Shown here in pieces: positions 26,593 through 37,800 of a stretch of DNA of 64,000 nucleotides (its first letter is position 1; every line of letters starts with the position of its first letter). This stretch comes from Geosiphon pyriformis uo1 (lineage: Eukaryota > Fungi > Glomeromycota), in the NCBI GenBank assembly GCA_016748015.1, contig JAAOMT010000299.1, forward strand, positions 310,001 through 374,000, read 5' to 3'. The translations under genes were made by a program, and so were the position numbers. The notes under the pieces were generated by a model. The model saw nothing but the letters and a program-made list of their open reading frames with translations. It searched no databases and was not told the origin of the DNA.

Positions 26593-27261
26593 ATGATACT
26601 TATTCCAGAAAACATCAACAATATAACTCAACAATTAGTTGAAAGCTTACAACAATTAAAATCCGATCTAGAAATCACAGTTAATAGCTCCAAAATAACA
26701 TACATAAAAAGAACAATAGAAAATCCAAAAACAAGAAAAGAACATAATTTCAAACCATATAATATTGCCAAATATAACAACAAATTTATTAGCAAAGTTA
26801 TTGAAAAATTAGAGATAGCATTGGGCAATACATTAATAATGGAAGAAATAGAAATAAGTGAATTAACACCAGACACATTTAGCAACTTGAAAACGAAATT
26901 TCCAATTAATTACTGTTATTATCAACTAGAAAAGCACTTGAACATACAAACATTATACTCAAAAGACTCAACTAGAGTGTTTGACAAAACAACTATCCAA
27001 CTATTAGAACCTTTCATTGGAAAAACCAACACTACATTCCATTCAAAAACAGTTTACAGAATTTTCAAAGCATTTGAAAACTGTCACAAATTATTGTTGG
27101 ACCCAACCATGAACATAATAACAACCAACAGTATTGGACGACTTACCAACTCGCAATTTCAAGAATTACAACAACAGATTAATAACACAGTATTGAACCA
27201 CTATAGTAATTTAGAATTTAATGAAGAAATTAACTTCGATTTCGATGGATCTCAATCTTGA
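26593..27261 (+). CDS. ORF3 of element B, 222-aa protein of unknown function
   Basis: Intact ATG-to-stop ORF between IN and PPT; homologs at the same position in A, C and D. Confidence 0.85.
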   Translation: MILIPENINNITQQLVESLQQLKSDLEITVNSSKITYIKRTIENPKTRKEHNFKPYNIAKYNNKFISKVIEKLEIALGNTLIMEEIEISELTPDTFSNLKTKFPINYCYYQLEKHLNIQTLYSKDSTRVFDKTTIQLLEPFIGKTNTTFHSKTVYRIFKAFENCHKLLLDPTMNIITTNSIGRLTNSQFQELQQQINNTVLNHYSNLEFNEEINFDFDGSQS

Positions 27262-27274
27262 AAGGAGGGGATAA
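27261..27274 (+). promoter_or_regulatory. Polypurine tract of B
   Basis: aaaggaggggataa directly before the 3' LTR. Confidence 0.9.
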
Positions 27275-28142
27275 TGTTACAGTTTAAGAATTTAGCAAAA
27301 AGAATCATAAAAATAATACAAACTATTCAATCATAATATAGCACAGTAATAATCTTAGAAAGGTAATGATTAACATAGTAGCAAACACCATCTCGCGATA
27401 GTGGCAAGCACCAGTTCACAATAGCAGCCAACACCAACTGGTGATAGCAGCAAACACCAGATTAAAATATCAAAAAGAAAGTATTTTCTCATAGAACTAC
27501 AAACATGTATATATACAGTAGTTTTAATATTGGGAAATAATCAATCAAGTAATAAAAATCATAACTTATCAAGCAACAGATCCAATTTTATCCGACAAAC
27601 TCCACTTTAAATCATACTTTCAAATTAAATATCCCAAGAAACCTTTAAAAATCAAAAAGAAATGAAAAAAAAATATTTAAAACGGAACTATTACAACCCA
27701 AAGTATTAAGAAACTTACTTGTATTATTTATTGAATGAAACTATCATTCATCAACTGAATCCCTTGGAAGAATAATCCTTGATCAAGATTATTTATGTTG
27801 TTACTAATTGATAAAAGCTTTATTGTGAAAATTAGAAAAGCACTAAAGACCATTAACATTCTGTGTTTCTAGATTAGAGAAACACATCAGGCAATTGCAA
27901 GGATAGCCTCAGAGAAGACCCCAAACAGTGGGTAGATTTCAGTTCAGCCTCTGAGAAGGAGTACATAAATACACACAACAATCAAGAATTAAAGAATAAC
28001 TTACATCACAACAGTAAAAAGAAAGCCTTCAGTATAACAGTGATATTATCACACAAATAGAATTAAGGAACTCATGAAAGACTGATTGCAATTAAAGCGG
28101 GATATCAGCAATTAAATATAACAAAAAAACCATCCCATAACA
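27275..28142 (+). repeat. 3' LTR of element B (868 bp)
   Basis: TG..CA termini; 4 x ~23-bp ATAGYRGCAARCACCA repeats upstream of a TATA-like atgtatatata. Confidence 0.95.
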
Positions 28143-30805
28143 ATGGTCAAAATATTAAAGTTATATAGTAGACTGATTTTCAATAAAATAAATTGGAATT
28201 GTTGCAATTTTTTTTTAGTTCAGATTTTCCAAATTTGATTTCATATTTATCATTTTTGCTAAACAAAAGAATATTAATTGCATAATATTCTAAACACTAT
28301 TGGTTATTACAGAACATAGTTATTTTTCATATAATTGAATATTTATTTGCTTTAATTATTAAATTTAAGCTTCTTTGGTTAAATAAGCATAACTTGTAAT
28401 TTAATAATAGATTTCTATTTTATCTTTATAATCAAATTCAGCTAATTTTATTGTATACTTGATGTATTTTGCTTCTTTTATTTAATGTACATCTTTTTAG
28501 ATTCCTTTATTAATTAAAATTATGGTTAGTTTGTAGATTATCTTTAATATTATATGGATAATAGTAGAGTTTATTAAAGACACTGTTATATGTTGCATTA
28601 AAAAAAGTTTTTTTTTTTACTTTTTTTGCAATTAAAAGTGCATATTAACAGATTTGATCACAAATTTCTCCTCTTATTACAACATCAATCCAGTTGTATT
28701 CTTTTGGTAGTATTTTTTTACATATAAAACAAGAAATATTGTTCTATTTTTCATTTTATTTGAAGTATTCAAATTGTTTTTTATGGCATGTTTTGCAAAA
28801 ATAGCAAATGTGTGTTTCATATTCTTTTTTTAAAAATATGTATGTTCTTATTAACAAAAGCTTCTTGTTGTAGTTTTTATATTTAAGTAAAATATAAGGT
28901 GATTATTTTTGTGGTTTTGGTGTAAAATACTTAACAATATTCTATCTTTTGGTTTTTTTAAAAAATTTTTGCATTGTTTTTTCAGCCAATTAGATATTGA
29001 TCCAAGAGCCATGTATGTTTTGATAATTGGCATATTTTTCTTTTCTTTAAATTCAAACACCAAAATTTTTTTGAATTGTTTATTAAATATATCATATATA
29101 ATAAGTACTCAGGTATATTGTTCTTGGTATAATATTTTTAATTGTTGTGTTTTTTAGTCTAAGTTTGTATTGGCTTTAAGGAACCAATTGTTTTTGACAA
29201 GAACTTGATATTAAAATATATCTATAACAAAAACTTTAATTGAAATGATAATTCTATTAATTGTAAAAAAAAAATTGTTAATTTTTTTTATTAAAGTTTT
29301 CTTTATACTATTAGTTATAACAATGACTGTTTGGGCTGATTTGTTAATGTTTCACTTCAGCTGTTACATTAACTAATAAGTAATAATACTTCTAACAGAT
29401 CTACTGTCTAAGATTAATTGAATTGGTTTTTCTTTAATTTTGGCTTTTATATATATTGCTATAATTACTTTTTGTTTATTGACTGTTATATTACTAAATA
29501 GAGATAGTAATTTATTGGCTTTGAATTCAAATAGGAATATATTTGAAAGATTGATATTTTGAGTAATTTTGGCTGACAAAATTGTATTATTAAAAAAAGT
29601 TTTGTCTTAATACTACAGCTTTATTTTTAAAAAGTGTAGTTTGTTAAAAATCTGATTCTTTTAACATTGTAAAATAATTGGATTGAATATAGTAATGTAT
29701 AGATTTTTGTTGAGCTAGATTTTAGAGAACTAATTAGTTGTTGAAATTGAATTAATTATTGTTAAAAAACTGATTTTGTGGTGTGAATTGGTTTTGTTAG
29801 ATCAATTTTCAAGCAGGTATTTAATATTGCTAAGCAAGTAGTTGTTAATACTATTGTTAAATAAATTGTGAAGCAAATTAATAGTAATTATTCTGATATT
29901 GAGATCTTAATAAATAATAAGCTGGTGGTAGAAATTGGTAATAAAATTGTTAGATTGAAAATAATGTTGATTATTTCTTTGTTGTTGGTCTTATTATATT
30001 TATTAGCAATTTTATTTTTAGTATCTAGAAATTTCACAATAATAATAGCTTTAAGATTGGTTGTTTGGTAATAATGTGTAGTTGTTTTAATTGTATCATT
30101 AAGATAATTAATATTTTTGTTATTGCTGCTGTTGTTAATTGGTAAAGTAATTTTCAACTTTTTTGGTCAATTGATCAATTTTTTTTTTAGCTGCTAAACT
30201 AGTTTTTCTAATTGCAAGATTCACAAATTTAGTGTGATTAATTTCTTTTATTGTCATTTTATAGGTCTTAGTATGTTGAATAACAGTAGCTAGATTTGCT
30301 AAGGCATGTAATCAAACTTTTTTAATGAGTTTGTTTTTTAATTTTGCAATAAACTGATCCAAAATCTGGACATTGAAATAGTAGTTATTGGTTTCTAATT
30401 GTTAAATTCATTGAAGAAGTTTGTTGAACCTTTTAAGATAAGTCATAATGGTTTTAGATACTTCTTATTTAATGTTATAAAAACAATTTTGGAAAATAAT
30501 AGAGGTATTATCAATAAATTGTTTCAAAAAAACATTTTTAAATACTTGTTAGTTTTTGAAAAGTTTGGCCAAGTTTTCAAATTATTCTTCTGCTGTTTTT
30601 TAGAAAAAATATGAAATTGCTTTTAATATTTTTGCTATATTTTTTCTATTTGCATTTTCTGTTTTTTGGACTTTTTTAAGCAACTCTTGTAAATTAGTAT
30701 TAGTATCTTCTTCAATAAATTTGGTAATTTTTGTGATATAGATAGTTGTTATGTTTTTTGTATTCTTGTTTTCAGTAGTTTTTTTCTCTATGAATTTAGA
30801 AACAT

Positions 30806-31888
30806 TGTTACTTATAGAAAAAAATACAAGAAAAAAAGTAGGAAAAACAGATAAAAAAAATAAACTAATAGAAGAATAGTACTTAGTGAGTAAACACAAT
30901 ATTAGAAAAATATGACATATTGCTTAACAATATATATATTGTTAGTGAATTATGGCATACTGTTTAACAATGAGCATATTGTTAAAAAATCATAACATAT
31001 TGCTTAGCAATAAGCATATTGTCAGAAAAAATAGAACATATTTTTTAAGAAAATATGAGATCTCATATAACAAAGTATTAAAAACAAAAATGACAGAATT
31101 AATCGAAAGAATCTATTACAATCTATTAATTATTCAATACCTTTTCTTTTAAAAAATAGTTTTCTACAACTTGAAGTAGAATCAAATTACATATTAATAA
31201 AATATCAATTTATTATTTGAATCTATATTACTGTTACTTGATTAAGAAATATTAATCAATTTCATACTATTAATACTCCATGTTAATAGAATCTAAGACT
31301 TAATCATATTGAACTAATAGCTCTTGATTATGGCTATTGACAAAATACTAATTTCTTAATTTTTTTTATTTTTTTTATTTTTTTTGTTTTGTTTCTTTGT
31401 TGTTTATTAATTAATTAAAAAAATTAAATGCTGAGTATTTGATATCAAGAATAGTTTGGTAAAAAATCTAGAAATAAAAGTAGAAATTTAAGAATAGCTT
31501 ACCAGAAGAGCATAACTACCAAAATAAACTGTCTATTATGTTAAAAAAAATTCACAAAAAAACTATTAATTGAATCTTTGTTTATTATACAAAGAATTCA
31601 ACCAAAACTTTTAAAAATTACCAATATTATCAACTATTGAGCACCAAGTTATGGGTTCGTTATTTGTTTTAACACTCCAAATAATTATTTGTAACATTTA
31701 ATGTTTTTTGTAAAGTATAATCCAACAAAGAATTAGTACCAACATTAATTATTCAGAAAAGTAACAAACCAAAAAATCATAGAAAAAAATCAGTTAAAAT
31801 TTGCAAAATTCATATTTCAATACTACCAAATTTATCTTGGATTGATAAATATTTATTGGTCAGCAGAATTAACTTTCAATTACTATGT
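30806..31888 (+). mobile_element. Element F remnant: 5' LTR (30806-31696), decayed PBS, gag start
   Basis: TGTTAC..GTAACA LTR followed by a leader homologous to 58092-58290; cut by D. Confidence 0.8.
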
Positions 31889-34800
31889 TGTTACAAATAA
31901 TTATTTAGGATATTAGTACAAATAACAAACTTATAACTTGGTGCTCAATAATTGGTAATTTTGGTAATTTCTGAAGATTTTGGAGTCTGAAAATTTTGGT
32001 TAAGTCTTTTGTATAATAGACAAAGATTCAATTGATGGTTTTTTTTATGAATTTTTTTCTTCAGCATAATGGCCAGTTTAATTTGGCAGTTATGTCTTTT
32101 TAATAAACTATTTTTAAATTTTTACCCTTATTTCTGGGTTTTTTACCAAACTATTTTTAACATTAATTATTTAGTGCTTAATTTTTTTAATCAATTAATA
32201 AACAACAAAGAAATAAAACAAAAAAAAATAAAAAAAATAAAAAAAAAAGAAAATAAAAAATTAGTATTCTGTCAATAGCCATAATCAAGAATTATTGGTC
32301 TAATATGGTTAAATATTGGATTCTATCAATATAGAGTGTTAATAAAGTGAAAGTAATTAATATTTTTTAATTAAGTGATAATAATATGAATTTAGATGAT
32401 AATTAATATTTTATTAATATGTAATTTGATTTTGCTTTTAGTTGTAGAAAACTATTTTTTGAAGGGAAAAATATTAGATAATTAATTAATTATTGGTATT
32501 AATTCTGTCTTTTCTGTTTCTAATACTCTTACTATATATATCTAATTTTTTGTTATATGAGATTTCACATTTTCTTAAGCAATATGTTTTATTTTCTCTG
32601 ACAATATGTTTATTGCTAAGCAATATACTATAATTTTCTGACAATATGTTTATTGCTGAGCAGTGTGTTATAATTCACTAACAATATATTATAATTTTCT
32701 GACATTGTGCTTATTCATTAAGTACTATTCTCCTATTGATTTATTTTTCTATTTGTTTTTTTTATTTTTCTTTTTTTAATATTAAACTCTGTCAAAATTT
32801 TCATTTTAAATTAAGTCTATTACTTTTTTTTAACATTGTTTGTTCAATTTTGTTCCTTATTTTTTTACTTTAAGAGTTGTTTATTCTTTTTTATTGATTA
32901 ATAATTATTGTTTCTATTTTTAATATAGTAGTATTTCTAAATAATTTTGAAATATAGTGTATAGTTAGTAGATTGTTTTAATATATAGTCTAAAATTTGT
33001 CTTTTTTTTAATAAAATTTTTAATTTGTTGTACTATTTTTTGATTAAATATTTTTCTGGATTTATCAATATATAATTTCTAAATATTCAGCTTTTGTCTC
33101 AACTAATAATAATAATATAATATTGGAAGTTGTTTTATCTATAGTTTTTAGTTTTTTTTAGTTAGCTTTTCTGTTGAAACTATTAGTGGTATTTTTCTAA
33201 TAGTGTTCTTTACTTTTTCAATGACTTTATTTAACTAGTGATTTGTTTAGTTCTGTGGTTACTAATATGAGATGCTTCTTGTTTTTCTTTCTCTTTTAGT
33301 GTTTTAATAGTAAATTGTTTGATAATTGATAACAATTTTCATGTTTAATTGTTGTTAATTTATGGTCTGGAATAATTTTTAAGCCATTGTATAAATGTAA
33401 TCTGGGATTTTTATCTTTTTTTGTTGTTTTTGTCACATATACTGTCTCTTTACATACTATTTTGTAAATTAATTTGATATGTTTGTGTTAATAATTATGA
33501 TTAGTTCTAGATCTTATTGAATTTTATCTGGTTGAACTAATATTTATTGTACTTTTAGTTGTAAAATATTATTAATAGATGATAATACTATATTATAATA
33601 TAATTTTAATTGATCTTTATGTGCTGTTTTAGCTAAGATTTTGTTGTCTTATTTTAATTTATAAGCTCTATTTTTTAGAATTTTTTTAATGTAAAATAGT
33701 TTATTTTATTTAGAGTCGAAATTTTTACTCTATTGTTTTTTTGCTTTAATATAATACAAGAATACTTTGTCTCCAATTTTGAATTTAACTGATTTATCTG
33801 GTAATTGGTTATTATGTCATTTTTTTTGTTTTGTTTGTGATTTTTGTATATTATTAGCTGTTTTTTACCTTTTGTTTTCTAATGTTTTTATTAATTTATA
33901 TGTTTTTCTTAGCAATATTCTTTGAAAGTTGGCTTTTGTTATTAGTTTAATTAGATATGTGTTGATATTTATCTTAATTGGTAATATTGCTGTTTTATTA
34001 TAAACAAGTTCAAATAGTATTGTTTGTGTAGTATTTTGTTTTATTGTCTGATAAACAAATAATACTGATAGTATAAATAAATTCTATTTATTTTGGGTTT
34101 TTTGGCTGATTTTGGCTATTATTTTACACAATGTTTTATTGAATCTTTTAACTAAGCTATTTGTTTATAAATGATATGATGATAATAATGGTCTTTTAAT
34201 TTCAAATCTTTAACTTAATTCTATTAATATTCTATTCACAAAGTGGGTTTTTTGATTTGATAATAATTTTTTTGAACATCTATATCAACAAATCAAATCT
34301 TAGTAAATAAATTTGGCTATAGATTCTGCATTCACTTTTTGAATTGTTTTTGCTTCTGGCTATTTTGTGAGATAGTTTATAATTACTATTATATAATAAT
34401 TGTTTTTGCTGGTTATTGTTAATGTTTTGATTAAGTCAATTCCAATTTGATTAAATAATTGTTCTACTTTAATTAGTCTTAGCAGTTTATTAGGTCTTGT
34501 TTTTTTTTTCTAATAAGCATCATAATTTTAAATATATTAAATAATGTTTAAATATATAAATGGCCAATAATATTTTTTTATAATTCTTTTTATGGTTGCT
34601 TTTTTATGAAAATGTCTTGTTATTAGATCTGAATATATGTTGAACAATACTGTTTTTTTTTCTGGTTCTGTAATTATTTTGAATAATTAATCTGAATATT
34701 TTCTGTTTTTCTGATATAATATATTTTAATAAGTAATAAAGTATTTTGTTTGTTGTTTTATGTTGTTTTGTTTTTTTTGAGATAATTTCTCCTTAAACTG

Positions 34801-37800
34801 TTAAGTATTAATATAATATTGAAGTTGTTGATATTTTTGTGTGTTAATCTTTTGTTATATTTTTGGGTTAAAATGTTTTAGATTTGTCTTATTTGCAACA
34901 AACTGTTAGCATTTCTGTTTTTTTTTCTTTTTTTATAATGTATAATATAATTAAATTGTGATAATTCTATTTTCCATCTTATATGATAATTGTTTTCAAA
35001 TTTTTGCTTCTAGATTGATGTTAATTCCTTGTAATTAGTGTATATATCAAATTTTTAACTTAAATATTTTTTTTATTTGATAATAATATAATAGATAGCT
35101 AAGTATTCTAATGTTGGGGTTTCATAGTTTTTCTCAGCTGGACTTAAACTTCAGCTGGCATATGTTATTAGATGTTCTCATCTATTAGCTCTTTTTTGTA
35201 ACAATACAGCTCCCAATGCTTAATTGAATATATTAGTAATAATAATAAATGGCTTGCTGTAATTTAGATAGATCAGTACTGAAGCTTAAATAAGCTTTCT
35301 TCTTAAAATGTTGAAAGCCTCTTGTTGGGTTTTAGTTCATTCATATTTAATATTTTTTGCTTGAAGCTAATAAAATGATTGGGTCAGTTTGAAGAAGTTT
35401 TGAATAAAATAGTAATAATATCCAGCAAATTTCAAAAATGCTCTTAATTCTGTAAGATTTGTTGGTATTGAAAAGTTATTAACTATTTTAATCTTGTCTG
35501 AATCTGTTTTTATGTTATCTTTGCTTATAACATATTTCAAAAACTTAAGTTCAGTTTTTCTAAAGAAGCATTTGGTTGCATTTAATTTCAATCTGGCTTT
35601 TTTTAATCTTTCAAACACTTGTTGAAGATAATAAAAATAATTATCAAATGTTTCTGAGAACACATTAGTGTTATCTAAATAGACTATTACTGATTTTTAT
35701 AGCAGTTCAGTATAGACAATTTTCATAAATTATTGGAAGATAGCTGGTGCATTAGTTAAATCAAATAACATAATATTGAATTCAAAATTCTCTTTTTTGA
35801 TGATAAATACTGTTTTTTCTTTGTTGGCTAAGTTTATAGTTACTTGTCAATAACCACTATCTAATTTCAATGTTAAAAACCATTTCTTTTCTCTGAAAGC
35901 ATCAAATAATTCTTGGATTTATAGAATTAAATAGCTATTTTTATGAATAATACTATTAAGTTTTTAATAATCTATACAAAAGTAGATCTTTTTATATTTT
36001 TTATAAACAAGTACTACTGGTAATGATCATAAATTTATTAATAGTTAAATTAACTTATTGTTCAATATTTTGTTGATTTTTTGTCAAATAATTTTATGAC
36101 TAGCTGGTGATATTTTGTATGTTCTTTGTTTAATTGGTATTATATCTTTAGTTTTGATCTGGTGTTAGATAATGTCAGTTTTGACAAATTTATTTTTACT
36201 GGCAAAGATGTCAGTAAAGTTGTTGAGTAGTATCTTGAGTTGCATCTGTTGAAATAAGTTTAAATTCCTTAAGTTTATTTGTTTTAATTGTTCTAATTAC
36301 AACAAATAACATTTTTCTCGTCTATATATAGTTTGTAATATAATTGTCCACATATTTGCAAAACTGTAAAAAGTCTGGAATAGTAGTAGGTGCTTAATTT
36401 TCAACTTCAGTATTTAAGTATCTGATGGTAGTTTTATTTGGTATTTCTATAGTGTTTTTAGTTATGTTGTATATTGGAATCTTGATGTGTTTGTTGTTTT
36501 TAGCTAATATATAGAAATTAGTAATAGCAATCTCTCCTGATTTATAAATGTTTGTTTTAGCTTTAAAAATCTGTGGTTGATCCTTCACTTTTCTTTCTAT
36601 AACTACTATATACTAGTTATATGATAAAATGAAAATTGATTAATAAGTGAAAATAATTTCTTTCTTATTAATTGTTTTTTCTTCTGTCATATTAATTGGT
36701 ATATTTATTTTACTTATTGATTCAAATTTCTTTATCTCTCTTACTGTAATTTCTAACTCTTTTTTTGTTTCCAATAATACTAATTGAGTTATTTTAACCA
36801 AAGACAAAAATATTGTCTATGCTATCTTTTTATTTGGTTCAATTATGTATCTTTTTTTTAAGTTATTTTGTAGTATTATAATGATACATATTCTGCATCA
36901 ATTATTTTTTTTTTAATATTAATCTTTTTTTTTGTTAAATTAGATCTAAATGCTAATTGTACCATTGTTGTTGCTAGAATTTCTAATACTATTTTTAGAT
37001 CTATACTGGTGCATAAATAAAGTTTTAATTTAATAATAGTTTTTTCTGAATATCTAAAATTAAACTCTGTATTGGTATTATGCATGTATTTTGGCATAAT
37101 ACTTTTATTATTATTATTAAACCATTTGAGTTTCTACTTCTTTGAAAAGTTTGAAAGCACAACATATTGTTTAAAATTTTTATTAGGATTTAAATCATTG
37201 TTGTTTTTATTGTTATTTTGGATTAAATTGGACTTATTGTTGTTATTGTTATTAAAGTTTAGATTACAATTGAATTTCAATTCTGATTCTGTTGTATATT
37301 TACTGATTGGTTTTTTTTCTTTAGGAATCAAATAGATTATCTATGATAGTAAATTATAAATAAGATCACAATTGTTACAATATTTAAAGTCACTAAGAAT
37401 TAAGCAATATTTGTACAGTCTTATATTTAATTGTTCTAGTCTTTGCTTTTGCTCTTTTTTAATTGGTGCTAGGTCTTGGTAATGCTTATAAAATTGTTCT
37501 GAATTGTTTATAATATTATTAAAGACATTAAAAGTTAAGACAAATTTGGGTTCAGAAAGTATTAGTAAGTTATTTTTAATCTCCAATATTTCACTAGATA
37601 AAACACCTTTAATTTTGACACTTGTCATTCTTCAGATCTTGTGTTTGTTGTGTGAATAACTTTTCAAACATGTAAGAATTTATTTTTAGGTAACATCAAT
37701 TGAAGTTTCTTTTTGTATTCAATTGTTAATTAAAATCATATATTAACATGTTTCATCACATGTTTTTCCTTGTTTAGAAATGTCATTCCATATTTCTTTA

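Larger units (their letters stand above)
18471..28142 (+). mobile_element. Near-intact full-length Ty3/Gypsy element B (9.7 kb)
   Basis: Paired LTRs, PBS, PPT, ATGG on both flanks, all domains recognisable. Confidence 0.96.
9562..30805 (-). mobile_element. Old, heavily decayed Ty3/Gypsy element C (hosts E and B; 5' end missing)
   Basis: Collinear with B on the minus strand: gag ~29900-30805, PR ~29100-29480, Cys-rich ~28200-28900, dUTPase ~18090-18470, RT-RH 16248-~17600, IN ~14870-16199, ORF3 ~13992-14670, 3' LTR 9562-13981 (split by E). Confidence 0.82.

Noticed and set aside
26593-27261. ORF3 as an env gene
   Set aside because: Short, with no visible signal peptide, furin site or transmembrane helix.
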